Below are positions 1 through 12,093 of a stretch of DNA of 34,534 nt, piece by piece (position 1 is the first letter of the stretch; each line of letters opens with the position of its first letter). The stretch is taken from the NCBI RefSeq assembly GCF_006345805.1, contig NW_021836409.1, positions 1 through 34,534 of the forward strand. The letters run 5' to 3'. Both the position numbers and the translations under genes were made by a program. The notes beneath the pieces were generated by a model. The model saw only the letters and a program-made list of their open reading frames with translations, searched no databases and had not been told where the DNA came from. This DNA comes from Octopus sinensis. Its lineage: Eukaryota.

Positions 1-667
1 ATCGAAAATGCAAAAAAAAAATAATAACACATACACACACACGCAAAAACGACAGAAAGAAAAAAGAAAAAGAAAAGAATGGTAAGAAAAATCAATGGAG
101 CGCATACTGAGTCAGATATTGTGATTGGTTGTCGATTGGTTAGAGGAATTGTAACATGTGGTTTCTACAAAGAACCAATCATTTCACAAGACGTACACTT
201 TGAATTTCTTGGAACAGGCTTTGCAACTTTACTACTGCAATGGAATTCATTGTCTTCTTTTTGTGTGTGTATTTTTTTTCTTTCTTCCATTTTGGTTTTG
301 GAACTTTTTTATTCACAGCTTCCTTTCATGTCTTTAACCATTTTTTTTTTTTCTTTTATATTTGGTATCTTATTACTCTCAGCAGTGGTCATTTATGTAT
401 GCATGCAATGCATGTATATACATGTGCAATTACACATGTATATAGGTGTAAGAGTGTGCATGTGTATTTGTCATGAATCTTAAATTATATATATATATAT
501 ATTATATATACATATATATATAATTATAATAAAGGGTTTTTTGCAACAAGTTGCTTAAACCACATACTGAAAATATTAGAAATAGCAGCCAAATAGGTTA
601 CTATTACTATTACTACAAAAATAAGTCTCCACAAACAACAGCCTTTGTAGCTAATAAAGATTTGTAG

Positions 668-722
<55 letters not shown>

Positions 723-986
723 ACACACACACACACACACTTGTATACATATGCATACACACACGTGTGTATGTGTAGGTATATATATGTATATATGTAT
801 ATGTATGTGTATGTATGTATAGTCGTCGATGAATTTCATTTGTAACTTCTAGTTGCACCAAAGCTCATTAATGTAATTATTATTAATTAGAAAAAAAAAC
901 AAATCTTGCTGAAAGTAATTGAAAGGATTTCTTAAACGTGAGCAAAACCATGAGTTTTTAATGACAGGATCTAATTAATTAATGAA

Positions 987-997
987 TAATAATAATA

Positions 998-1037
<40 letters not shown>

Positions 1038-1365
1038 TTATAATGAATTCAAATTTTGGCAAAAGGTCAGCAAATCTATTTTTTTCTTTAGTGAGGTATA
1101 AGTTGATTATATTGACCCCAAGAGGATGATAGGTAGATAATTATTGTACCCTGTACCCAGGTGCACTGCAACTCTTTTGTGTTGATCCAAGAATGTAACA
1201 GATATGCAGGTACACATTGTACGAAGGCCCTGGGGTAATCAAGAATATAACAAACTTTAAACTTGCCATGAATGTGACCTGAACTTGCCATTAATGGATG
1301 TAACTTAAGTGCAAGAAGGCATTTAACCATTTTGAATTCTGTTACCTTAGCAACTCCACCACATT
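987..1365 (-). mobile_element. Decayed family C SINE with (ATT)n tail
   Basis: (AAT)n at 987-1038 is followed by degenerate matches to family C motifs (gttgattatattgaccc, tgaacttg, attctg...ctccacc) seen intact at 24275-24494. Confidence 0.45.
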
Positions 1366-1537
1366 TAAATCATAACAAAAAAAAAGTGTGTGTATAAGAA
1401 ATTCAAAAAGTAAATAAAATAAAGATATTTAAAAAAATGTATGAATTGGAAAAAGAAATCCAAGTTGGGTATGAAATGAAAGAATTCTAACCAGAGTGAA
1501 GAATATAACGGTATGATAACTGTTTTGCTTGGATTAT

Positions 1538-1725
1538 TGTTGTTTAGGTCCCCAGGACTGTTTTGATCATGTAAAACCTATGATCACAGTCATTCTGTCT
1601 GTGACCATCCAGACTTTTAGAGTATATACAACTATAAAATGTGTCTCTTTTTAAAGACTGTAGGCTTTGATTTGAGGGAGCCTTAGCAGTTATTTCTAGC
1701 TGGGTCACTGACTGTATTCAGACTT
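1538..1725 (-). mobile_element. Family D interspersed repeat with (AAC)n tail
   Basis: gttgtttagg...gatttgagggag...gcagttatttctagc; same motif order as 9160-9360, 9558-9780 and 17090-17275. Confidence 0.6.
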
Positions 1726-1834
1726 CTTTTTTTTGTTTCTATTTTATGCCAGTTATGTATTTCCATTGGACACAGCATTCCTGTTTTTTGTTTTTTTTGG
1801 TGGGGGTGAGGACATCTATGTATTGACAGTAAAA

Positions 1835-3300
1835 TGATTGAAGAATTTGGAGTAAAAAGAGAAACTTTTAGATTCATTGTTCGTAAATTAGCTGGAAGAA
1901 TTTGGTGTGGAAACGAGGACCACTGCTGCTTTTTTAATGAGGTCGTCAGAAGTGAAAGTGAAAATAAGGATCCTAGATTAACTGTCAACAGAGTGTTAGA
2001 AGCACTTGCAGTAGAAAGAGAAACCTATACACTTATTGTCAAGAAAGGGTTAAAGAGACCTGGAGTGAAAATAGGGGCCTTTGGAGCAAAAATGGAGACC
2101 ACTAGACTTTTTTTTTTTTTCAGGAAACTCGTTATAAAAACTTTGGATTAAAAGAAATATTGCACTGTCATTGGAAAAGAAGTTGATGAGGAAACTGAGA
2201 CACTCGATGCATATAAGTGAGGTTGTTCGAAATTTGGGGTAAAAACAGGGACCCAAAACTTATTGACAGTATAATAGAGAAAAATTTGGAGTGTAAATGA
2301 AGGCCTGCTTTTAATGTAAGGAAATTAGTTGGAAGAACTTGGAGTGAATAGAGACAATTAAACTCTTTATAGTAAAGTAAAAGAGTTTGGATTGAAAATG
2401 GAAACTCTTACATTTTTTGTCAGGGAACCGTTTTGAAGAAGTCAGGGTTAAAAGACAGACATAGAGTCATTAGATGTGAAGAAGAAGAACCATGGTTGGT
2501 GTGAAAACAGAGCACCCTGGATTTCTTATTGATCGACCGTTGCCAGCACCGCTCCGTTTCGTGTCCGTTGCCAGCCTCGCCTGGCCCTCGTGCCGGTGGC
2601 ACATAAAAAGCACCATCCGTTCGTGGCCGTTTGCCAGCTCTGTCTGGCACCAGTGCAGGTGGCACGTAAAAAGCACACACTACACTCACGGAGTGGTTGG
2701 CGTTAGGAAGGGCATCCAGCCGTAGAAACACTGCCAGATTTGACTGGGCCTGATGAAGCCTTCTGGCTTCACAGACCCCAGTAGAACCGTCCAACCCATG
2801 CTAGCATGGAAAACGGACGCTAAATGATGATGATGATGATGATGAAGGGTTTAGAAGAAATTTAGTGTAAAGAAGGACCCTTAAACTCATTGGCAACAAA
2901 GTACAGGAATTTGGAGAATTTGGAGTGACAATAAGGATCCCTAGATATTTTGTCTAGAAACTGGGGTTAAAAGCAGAACCTCTAAGGTGAAGTAAGAACT
3001 GGGAGTGAGAACAGGGTTCCTTGATTGGTAGCAAACTAGTTAGAAAAACTTGGGGTTAAAAGAGACCTTTGTGGTCATTAGCAGTAAAATAATTGTGACT
3101 TGGTATGAAACCAGGAACTGTGGATGCCAAATCAGTGAGGTTTTAAGAACTTGGAGTACAAAGATTAACTCTTCTACATGTCAGCAGCAAAGGAGCTAGA
3201 AGTTGGTGTGAAAACAGAGACCACTAGTGTTATTGTTAGTAAAGTATTTAGAAGGGTTTACAGTGAAAAGAGGGCCTTCTTGATTTAATTTGTTCAGAAT
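1835..3300. repeat. Old degenerate minisatellite, unit about 55-62 bp, split by a family B insertion
   Basis: The motif agaa(t/c)ttgg(a/t)gtgaaaa.ag.g.cc recurs roughly every 60 bp on both sides of 2531-2845. Confidence 0.7.
2531..2845 (+). mobile_element. Family B SINE-like element with RTE-type 3' tail ending in (GAT)n
   Basis: ggttggcgttaggaagggcatccagccgtagaaac...cccatgctagcatggaaaacggacgctaaa(tga)n; five related copies in the window; internal unit gtgc..gtggcac.taaaaagcac occurs twice. Confidence 0.85.
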
Positions 3301-3394
3301 GAGTATTTGACAAGGGCCCCCTCTTCAATGAAGTAGTACCCCAATGATAAAGGACCATAAATTTATAGTGAAAAGGGTATAGAAAGTTGTCTCA

Positions 3395-3500
3395 TTGACT
3401 ATAAATGCCTGTTGCTTATTTTTCTTGACCCCAGAAAGATGAAATACAAAGAAGGTTTTAGTAGGATTTGAACTTGGATCACGAAGTGACAAAAGTTTAA
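3395..3500 (-). mobile_element. Family C SINE fragment
   Basis: ttgaccccagaaagatgaaa...ggatttgaacttgg matches the family C core gaccccgaaaggatgaaaggcaaag...gaatttgaactcag. Confidence 0.5.
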
Positions 3501-3909
3501 AGACAAAAAAAAAAATAACATTAAACAAAAAAAAAATAAAACTATTTCAGTGCCAAACAGTCTTGTCAGAAAATGAAGAAACTTGTGCGATGCTTTGATA
3601 AGTGGAGAAGCGTGGCAAATAGGATAATGACAAACAGTAATAATAACCATTTTGATAGTAATAATAGTAATAATAATAGTGATAGTGGTAATGACCTTGA
3701 AGTTAGCTGGAAACATTACAGAATAGATTTACTCACACCAGGAACAAGAACAAAAAAAAAAAAAGAAAAACAAAGAAAAGAAAAGTAAATGTGAAAAATA
3801 CTTACTTTTAGAATTAGTTGTGTCACACTGTGTACATATGTATATATATTTATACACATATATTATACATATATATATGTGCGTGTATTGTTATGTGTGC
3901 GTGAACATG

Positions 3910-3944
<35 letters not shown>

Positions 3945-4247
3945 GTATATGTGTGTATGTATGTATATGTATGTATATGTATGTATGAGTGTGTTTATGT
4001 GTGTGTTTATATTTCAAACAGGTGAGAAGTCTTGTTGATTTTTTTTTTTTTTTTTTCCGAAAATAAAACAAACAACCCAATAAAAAGTAAAAATAAAGGT
4101 GAATGCAGAAAATTGTTGATTTGTGGAAGGTCTTGTATATATGTATATATCCAGTTTTCGACGAGCAGAGGAACTGGTTCTGGTTGTAGTACTCTTCGTC
4201 TTGTGGTTACCGTTGTGATGTTTATCTTGGTAGCAGCAGAAGACCTG

Positions 4248-4455
4248 CAGTAGTAGTATAGTAGTAGTAGTAGTAGTAATAGTAGTAGTAGTAGTAATAA
4301 TAGTAGTAGTAGTAGTAGTTGTAGTAGCAGCAGCAATTGCAGCAGCAGCACCAGCAGCAGCACCAGCAGCAGTAGTAGTAAAACTAGTAGTTGTAGTAGT
4401 ATTTGTAGTAGTACTAGTAGTAGTGGTGGTGGTAGTAGTGGTGGTGGTAGTAGTG
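4248..4455. repeat. Compound (TAG)/(CAG)/(TGG) microsatellite
   Basis: Direct reading. Confidence 0.95.
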
Positions 4456-4665
4456 GCAGAAATTGATTAAATTTTTGTTGGACTTCAAATTTTTTTTATT
4501 ATTCTTCTTTGTGCTATTAAAAGTTGAATGTCGAAGCATCTTCGATCAGTAATTCTCTTACCCTCCCTTCCACTCTCTCTCCCTCTCTCTCTCTCCCCCT
4601 CTCTCTCTCCCTATATATATATATGTATGTATATGTATATGTATGTATGTATATTTATATATATC

Positions 4666-4989
4666 GCACTCTGTCAGTTACGCTGATGAGGGTTCCAGCT
4701 GATCCAGTCAACAGAACAGCCTGCTTGTGAAATTTACAAGCAAGTGGCCGAGTACTCCACAGACATGCGTTCCCTTAACGTAGTTCTCAGGGAGATTCAG
4801 CATGACACAGAGTGGGACAAGGCTGGCCCCTTTGAAATACAGGTACGACTCATTTTTTGACAGGTGAGTGGACTGGAGTGACGTGAAATGAAGTGTCTTG
4901 CTCAAGGACATGACATGCTGCCTGCAATTGAACTCACAACCTTACAACCATGAGCTGAATACCCTAACCTCAAGGCTATGGACATTCAC
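4666..4989 (-). mobile_element. Family E tRNA-derived SINE with CORE-like central motif
   Basis: The minus strand has a tRNA-like head with a box B-like gagttcaattg, then tgtccttgagcaagacactt (CORE-like, from memory) and a distinct 3' body. Confidence 0.7.
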
Positions 4990-4992
4990 TAG

Positions 4993-5014
4993 AGCTATCT
5001 ATCTATCTATCTAC

Positions 5015-5054
<40 letters not shown>

Positions 5055-5133
5055 GTCTATCTATGTCTATCTATTTATCTATTTATCTATCTGTCTGTCT
5101 GTCTGTCTGTCTATTTGTCTGTCTATCTGTCTG

Positions 5134-5175
<42 letters not shown>

Positions 5176-5265
5176 CATCTATCTATCCATCTATCTATCT
5201 ATCTATCTATCTATATATCTACCTGTCTGTCTGTCTATCTATCTGTCTATCTATCTATCTATCTG

Positions 5266-5308
<43 letters not shown>

Positions 5309-5455
5309 GTCTATCTATCTGTCTATCTATCTATCTATCTTTCTGTCTATCTATCTATCTATTTGTCTGTCTGTTTGTCTATCTGTCTGTCAATCTGTCT
5401 ATCTCTATTTGTCTGTCTGTCTCTCTCACCCTCTCTGTCTGTCTATCTGTCTCTC

Positions 5456-5496
<41 letters not shown>

Positions 5497-5530
5497 ATAT
5501 ATATATGTATGTATGTATATATATATATAT
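4993..5530. repeat. (ATCT)n/(GTCT)n tetranucleotide array followed by (CT)n and (TA)n
   Basis: Direct reading; it explains the LSIY-repeat ORFs. Confidence 0.97.
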
Positions 5531-5858
5531 TTATAATATGATGTAATATAAGAAGAGACAATATAATTGACACAAATTTATAAAGTTTTCTTTCTTTATC
5601 GCTGTCGTTCTTTAGAAATCTCTTTCCGTGACCATGACCGTCACCCGACCCCAGTCAACCCAGTTCTGCAGAATTCTTTTCTTATTCTTCTTTCACACTT
5701 CACTTCTCAAAGATTCTCTCTGTCTTTCTCCTCTATTTTTTGTCCCCTTTTTATCCCCTTTTCTACATCACAGCAGCTAACTTTGTTGAACTTTCAGTAT
5801 CTCCATCCCGACTACTCTTTTGTGTATATCAACCCAGCTGTGTGTGTGTGTGTGTTTG

Positions 5859-5900
<42 letters not shown>

Positions 5901-6296
5901 TGTGTGTGTATGTGTGTGTTTGTTCTTTGGCTACCAGGTAGAAAGACAGGTAAGCCAGTGAACACCAGTGAGTCACTCTCAATTAAGTAGATTTTTTTAT
6001 CTAACGACAGGTGTGCTCCATCAGTGACCATCTCATCTAAGTTTTACATATCTAGAGTTACTTTCCTACGTTTTCATTTTCTAAGACGGTGAGGTGAAAT
6101 TTCAAATATATTTGGCTATTATTTCTAGCAAACCGATTGACTGCTTAGTGGCTCTTTGGAAGTTAACCAATATTTACACGTACGTGTGCATCTGTGCATG
6201 CACATTTGCACATGCACACACTTACAGGTAATTGTTTACCTGTACGTACATAAACGTGTATGTGTCTGTATACCAATAATGTAATGTGTTTATGGC

Positions 6297-6344
<48 letters not shown>

Positions 6345-6629
6345 TGCATATATAAGGTGATGATAGGATAATGTGTGTGTGTGTGTGTTTGTTTGTTTGT
6401 GTGTTATTGTTTTCTTATTTTTTTTTTGTGATTTGTTTTGTGGATGTAAAAGCCAGCAGGGTGCGTAGTAGCATTCATTTATTTCCAGATTGAAATCTTA
6501 CCAGTTGACCCGCTCATGTTGTTATCCTGCTTGCATATAATCATATAGTCACTTGTATATGCGTGCGTATACTTACTTAAGTATGTATGTGTTTGTACAC
6601 GCACACGTGGATGTGTGTTTGTGTGTATA

Positions 6630-6747
6630 CACACTACTGATCTCTGTGTGTGTCTCTTTACTTTATACAGGGATCCATGTGTGTGTGTGTGTGTGTGTAT
6701 GCTACTGATCTATGTGTGTGCTTCTGTATACAGGGGTCCAAGCGTGT

Positions 6748-6778
<31 letters not shown>

Positions 6779-6860
6779 CCTCTTTATACAGGGGTCCAAG
6801 CGTGTGTGTGTATTTGTGTGTTTGTGTGTATGCTACTGATCTATGTGTGTGTGTGTGTAT

Positions 6861-6895
<35 letters not shown>

Positions 6896-7158
6896 CTACT
6901 GATCTATGTGTGTGCCTCTTTATACTGGGGTCCAAGTGTGTGTGTGTTTGTGTGTGTGGTGTGTGTGTGTGTGTGTGTGTATGCTACTGATCTACGTGTG
7001 TGCTTCTGTATACAGGGGTCCAAGTTTGTGTGTGTTTGTGTGTGTGTATGCTACTGATCTATGTGTGTGCCTCTTTATACAGGGGTCCATGCGTGTGTGT
7101 GTGTTTGTGTGTGTGTGTGTGTATGCTACTGATCTACAGGGGTCCATGCGTGAGTGTG

Positions 7159-7195
<37 letters not shown>

Positions 7196-7615
7196 ATGCA
7201 TGCAGCTATGTGCATACGCTACTGATCTCTGTGTGTGTCTCTTTACTTTATACAGGGGTCCATGTGTGTGTGTGTTTGCGTGTGTGTGTGTGTGTATGCT
7301 ACTGATCTATGTGTGTGCCTCTTTATACAGGGCTCCAAGTGTGTGTGCGTTTGTGTGTTTGTGTGTGTGTATGTTACTGTTCTATGTGTGTGCCTCTTTA
7401 TACAAGGGTCCATGCGTGAGTGTGTGTGTGTGTATGCTACTGATCTACGTGTGTGCCTCTTTATACAGGGGTCCATGCGTGAGTGTGTGTGTGTGTATGC
7501 TACTGATCTATGTGTGTGCCTCTTTATACAGGGGTCCAAGCGTGTGTGTGTGTGTGCCTCTTTATACAGGGGTCCAAGTGTGTGTGTGTGTGTGTGCATG
7601 CATGCAGCTATGTGC
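6630..7615. repeat. Minisatellite of a constant cassette separated by variable (TG)n
   Basis: About a dozen copies of atgctactgatcta(t/c)gtgtgtgc(c/t)tct(t/g)tatacaggggtcca(a/t)g with (TG)n/(TTTG) spacers. Confidence 0.95.
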
Positions 7616-7949
7616 AGTTTCCACTGTTGCATTCATCTGCTGCTACCTGGCGCTAGCAGTTTTGTCTTGTAATAAATATTTCTCTTGCAAAGAAAGATTC
7701 CCTCGTAAGAATTCAGATTCTAATGGATTCGGTTGTCGGCGGCAACAGTGGAAGCGGAGATCATTGGAGACCGGTTGATGTGGCACTTGTTGCTGCTGCT
7801 GCTGCTGCTGACGATGCTGCTATCGGTTTTGTTGCTGCTGCTGTTGTTGTTGTTGCTGCTGCTGCTGCTGTTTTTGCTGCTCTTGTTCTTGTTGTTGTTG
7901 TTACGGTGTAATAGCAGTACATTCTGTAGTAATATTTAAGTGTTTCATT

Positions 7950-8309
7950 AATGGTGGTGGCGGTGGTGCTGGTGGTGGTGGTGCTGGTGGTGGTCGTGGT
8001 ATTGGCTGTAGTGACAGTGGTAGTGTCTGTTGCTCTGTGTCGTTGGTGATGGCAGCACCAGTTGTTTACGATTGGTTTTGATAGTGGTGGTTATGGTGAT
8101 GATGATGATGATGATGATGGTGGTGGCGGTGGTTGTTTGCGGTAATGGTAGTGGTGGTGGTGGTGGTGGTGATGATGATGATGATGATGGTGGTGGCGGT
8201 GGTTGTGAGCGGTAATGGTAGTGGTGGTGGTGGTGGTGGTGATGATGATGATGATGATGGTGGTGGCGGTGGTTGTGAGCGGTAATGGTAGTGGTGGTGG
8301 TGGTGGTGG

Positions 8310-8344
<35 letters not shown>

Positions 8345-8379
8345 GTGAGCGGTAATGGTAGTGGTGGTGGTGGTGGTGG

Positions 8380-8414
<35 letters not shown>

Positions 8415-8449
8415 GTGAGCGGTAATGGTAGTGGTGGTGGTGGTGGTGG

Positions 8450-8484
<35 letters not shown>

Positions 8485-9010
8485 GTGAGCGGTAATGGTA
8501 GTGTGGTGGTGGTGGTGGTGATGTGATGATGATGGTGGTGGTGGCGGTGGTGTTTAGCGGTAATGGTAGTGGTGGTGGTGATGATGATGGTGGTAGCAGT
8601 GGTTGTGGGCGGCAATGGTAGTGGTGGTGGTACTGGTGGTGATGATGATGATGATGATGGTGGTGGTGGAAGTGGTTGTGGGCAGTAATGGTAGTGGTGG
8701 TGGTACTGGTGGTGATGATGATGATGATGATGGTGGTGGTGGCCAGTAATGGTAGTGGTGGGGGTGATGATGATGGTGGTGGTAGTGGTGGTGGTGATGG
8801 TGATGATGATGGTGGTGGTAGTGGTGGTGGTGGTTGTGGGCGGTAAAGTGGTGGTGGTGATGGTGATGATGATGGTGGTGGTAGTGGTGGTGGTGGTGGT
8901 GGTGGTTGTGGGCGGTAAAGTGGTAGTGGTGGTGGTGGCGGTGGATTTGTGTTTAGTTGCTAATGGCAGTGGTGGTCATACAATGACAGTGTTGTTGTTG
9001 TCATTACTAT
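7950..9010. repeat. (GGT)/(GAT) compound array with a 70-bp higher-order unit
   Basis: The marker gcggtggttgt(gag/ttt)cggtaatggtag recurs at about 8126, 8196, 8266, 8336, 8406 and 8476. Confidence 0.95.
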
Positions 9011-9159
9011 TTTGTTTTTGTACTGTTGAAGTCTGTGGTGGTGGGCATTGATGGCATAAAGGAACAGTGAGTGATAATTTCAGTGCGGGGGCGGTATTGA
9101 AGTGGTGAGGCTGGTGGTAGTTATAAGCATCTCAAAATGCTGGCCGGGGGGGGGGGAGG

Positions 9160-9360
9160 TTGTTGTTGTTGTTGTTGTTGTTTAGCCCCAGGTCAGTCCT
9201 GATCAAGTCAACCTTATAATTAAAGTGATTCCAACCCTCAGCATTCCCAGGATTTACATAAAAATCTCCCTCATTTTATATGTCCTTCTTTTTTTAAGCA
9301 TAACACATTAAGATTTGACTGCTATTTCCAGCAGCTCCAGTGACTCTATAGAGGTACCTC
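9160..9360 (-). mobile_element. Family D interspersed repeat
   Basis: (gtt)n tagccccaggtcagtcctgatc...gatttgactgctatttccagcag...ctatagag. Confidence 0.7.
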
Positions 9361-9557
9361 ACTGGCTGATGGTGGTGCAGGTGGTAGTGATGGTGTTTGT
9401 TGTATTGGTGGTGGTGGGGTTGAAGTAGTAGTAGTAGTAGTAGTATTGGTGGTGGTGGTGGTGGTGGTAGTAGTAGTAGTAAAAGTAGTAGTACTATTGT
9501 GGTGATAGTGCTTGTAGTAGTAGTAGTATTGGTAGTAGTAACGGTGGTGGTAGTAGT

Positions 9558-9780
9558 TGTTGATGTTGAGCCCTGGGTCAGACCTATAGTGGAAAACATT
9601 TCATCCTTGATCTTCCCCTCTCTTATTCTTTTATTCTGTCATAGTGTATCTAGGAATACATTATCCAGTGTGCTCCTTTAGAAATACTGTAGTGTATGCG
9701 TGCGCGCATGTGTGTGTGATTTAAAGAAGATTTGACTGCATTTTCTAGCAGATCAGATGACCTTGTAGAGACTTCCTCAT
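9558..9780 (-). mobile_element. Family D interspersed repeat
   Basis: gttgagccctgggtcag...acattatccagtgtg...gatttgactgcattttctagcagatcagatgaccttgtagagacttcc. Confidence 0.65.
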
Positions 9781-10009
9781 GAAGTGGTAGGTGTTAGGAA
9801 ATTGTTGTATAGGAAGTAGTTGCGTTGTGGTGTTAGTGTTCGAGGTTAAGGTGATAGTATTAGATGGTGTTGAATGGTTCTTGCAACAGAGGTAGTAGTT
9901 GTGGTGGTGTTGATGTTGGTCCTGGGGCTGGCATAGTTAGTGATGGTTGTAAGATCAAATCCCTCACAGGTTGAATACTGCCCTGTGGTACCCTGGGGTA
10001 CGTTTTGCA

Positions 10010-10472
10010 GAGTCCCCCACCTCTGTCCCAAGCATTCAGTTTAGATCTCCAGTTTGAGGAGAATACCTTCCACCCCTGTTCCCCATCATTCCTCCTCATC
10101 CCTTTCCCACTCCCCCATCCAGCTCCCACCTTCAACCATCCCTCTTCTACATACCTTCCTCCATCCATCCCCACCTTCCCCATCCATCCCCACGTTCTCT
10201 CCTCCACCTTCCCCATCCATCTCTATCACCTATCCCTCCTCCATGCCTTCCCACCTTCCTCTGCCTTTTCCCTCCCCTACACCTTCTCCATCCCCCTACA
10301 TGCCTTCCCCATTCACACCCCTCGTACCACATCCTTTCCCCATTTCCCCCCCCCGCATACCCTGTCCCTCCTCGATCCCTCCCTCATCGCTTCCCCATCC
10401 TCATCACTCCCCATCCTTTTGCCCTACACTCCATCCTTTCCCACCCCTCACCCTAACCCCCCCACCCCACCC
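10010..10472. repeat. Pyrimidine-rich low-complexity tract (CCCAT/CCTT-rich)
   Basis: Direct reading; it explains the Pro/Ser-rich ORFs. Confidence 0.85.
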
Positions 10473-10849
10473 GATAGTGCCAGAGACCCTACTAAGGGCC
10501 CCCTGGGTAATACAATACTTTCTCTCCTGACTAAAATATATAAAAGAAATTACAGGTGTTTATTGAGAGGAGCATTTTATTGCCTTTTTTTTAGTATATA
10601 AAAAAAGCACCTGTAAGACTTGCCTGTGCGTGTGTGTGTGAGACCACCTGATCGTAGAGGGTGGGAAAGAATGGTTATTCCTGCCCCCCACAAAATATCA
10701 GATGTGCCACACCTAGACATACAGATGCACTCAAAGAATTTAAAGACAATGCCGAGGAAGAGAAGGAAAATATGTATTTAGTCTGGGAGGCTTTGATCTG
10801 ATTGGCTGGTTCCCTTTCTGACAGACTGATGGATAAAGCATGAGAGAGA

Positions 10850-10882
<33 letters not shown>

Positions 10883-10959
10883 GAGAAATGGAGAGGAAGA
10901 GAAGAGGGAGAGGATGGCGGAGGAGAAAATTCTTGGAAGATCTCTCTCCCTCCTATCAT

Positions 10960-11385
10960 TAACATCATCACCACCACCACCATCTTTAATTCCACCACCA
11001 TCGCCACAATTCATCACCAACTCAACCACCACCACCACCACCACCACCACCACCACCACCACCACCACCACCACCACCACCACCATCACCACCTCATCCA
11101 ACACCATCATCAATATGCCCCCCCCGCCCCAAATCCTCTGCAGTGACCACCACCACCATCACCACTGCCGCCATCATCACCACTACCATCTTTAATTCCA
11201 CCACCATCACCACAATTCATCACCAACTCAACCACCACCACCACCACCACCACCACCATCACCACCTCATCCAACACCATCATCATTATCTCCACACCCC
11301 CCCCCGCCCCAACTCCTTTGCAGTGACCACCACCACCACCATCACCACTGCCGCCATCGTCACCTCCACCGCACCAGATTGCCGT
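10960..11385. repeat. (CCA)/(CAT) array with an internal duplication of about 180-200 bp
   Basis: ccatctttaattccacc, cacaattcatcaccaactcaacc, cacctcatccaacacc, cccccccgcccc and gcagtgaccacc each occur twice in the same order. Confidence 0.9.
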
Positions 11386-11719
11386 TGCTGCTGCTGCCCG
11401 CTGCTGTAGTCAGTGTCGTAGTAGAAATCCTGTTATTGATTTGATCCTCTTCGTTCCTCTTGTTGTTGTTGTTGTTGCTGTTGTTGTTGTCGAGCATATT
11501 TCACTTTGATCTTTTACAGAATCAACTTGTTTTTTTTTTTAATGGTCTCACAATTTTTCACTACAAAATCCTGCCTGTGTTTTGTGTTTGTGTTTGTGTC
11601 GGGGAAGGAAAGGATGGGGAGGAAGAGCCTTGCGATTTCTCTGAGGAATGGTGGAGTGAGATGCTATTAAATACAAACCAGTAATACGACCCAACAGGCC
11701 GTTTGCTTATATGTATTTG

Positions 11720-11727
11720 TGTATGTG

Positions 11728-11760
<33 letters not shown>

Positions 11761-12092
11761 ATATGTATGTATATATGTATGTATATATGTATGTATATAT
11801 ATGTATCTATATATTTGCATATATATATATGTATATATGTATGTATATATTTATAAATATATATATATGTATATATGTATAAATATATATATATGTATAT
11901 GTATATATATATGTATATATGTATAAATATATATATATGTGTATGTATATATATATGTATATATATATATATGTGTATGTATATGTGTATATATATATGT
12001 GTGTATATATATATATGTATATGTATATATGTGTGTGTGTGTGTATATATATATATATGTGTGTATATATATGTATATATGTATGTATGTAT
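11720..12092. repeat. (TA)n/(TATG)n compound microsatellite
   Basis: Direct reading. Confidence 0.97.
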
Positions 12093-12093
12093 C

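Noticed and set aside
76-88. ATG|GTAAGA donor-like site
   Set aside because: The upstream sequence is an A-rich run with no acceptor or credible exon; a single donor 6-mer is expected by chance.
2750-2775. Hammerhead-like CTGATGA followed by an AGCC/GGCT hairpin
   Set aside because: No GAAA after stem II, and other family B copies read ctggtgc at this position.
4686-4740. CTGATGAG hammerhead core
   Set aside because: No stem II closing onto GAAA; it lies in a SINE tail.
6223-6244. Perfect 9-bp hairpin tacaggtaa-ttgt-ttacctgta
   Set aside because: An isolated short palindrome with no supporting context; plausible by chance in 34 kb.
6630-7615. CRISPR-like repeat-spacer appearance
   Set aside because: Spacers are (TG)n rather than unique sequence; eukaryotic context with no cas genes.
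7616-7778. Unique stretch encoding VSTVAFICCYLALAVLSCNKY as a possible exon
   Set aside because: The apparent acceptor is the end of the minisatellite, and I recognise no homology.
10440-10472. G-quadruplex motif and one CCCTAA telomere-like unit
   Set aside because: Part of a low-complexity C-rich tract; a single hexamer is not an interstitial telomere.
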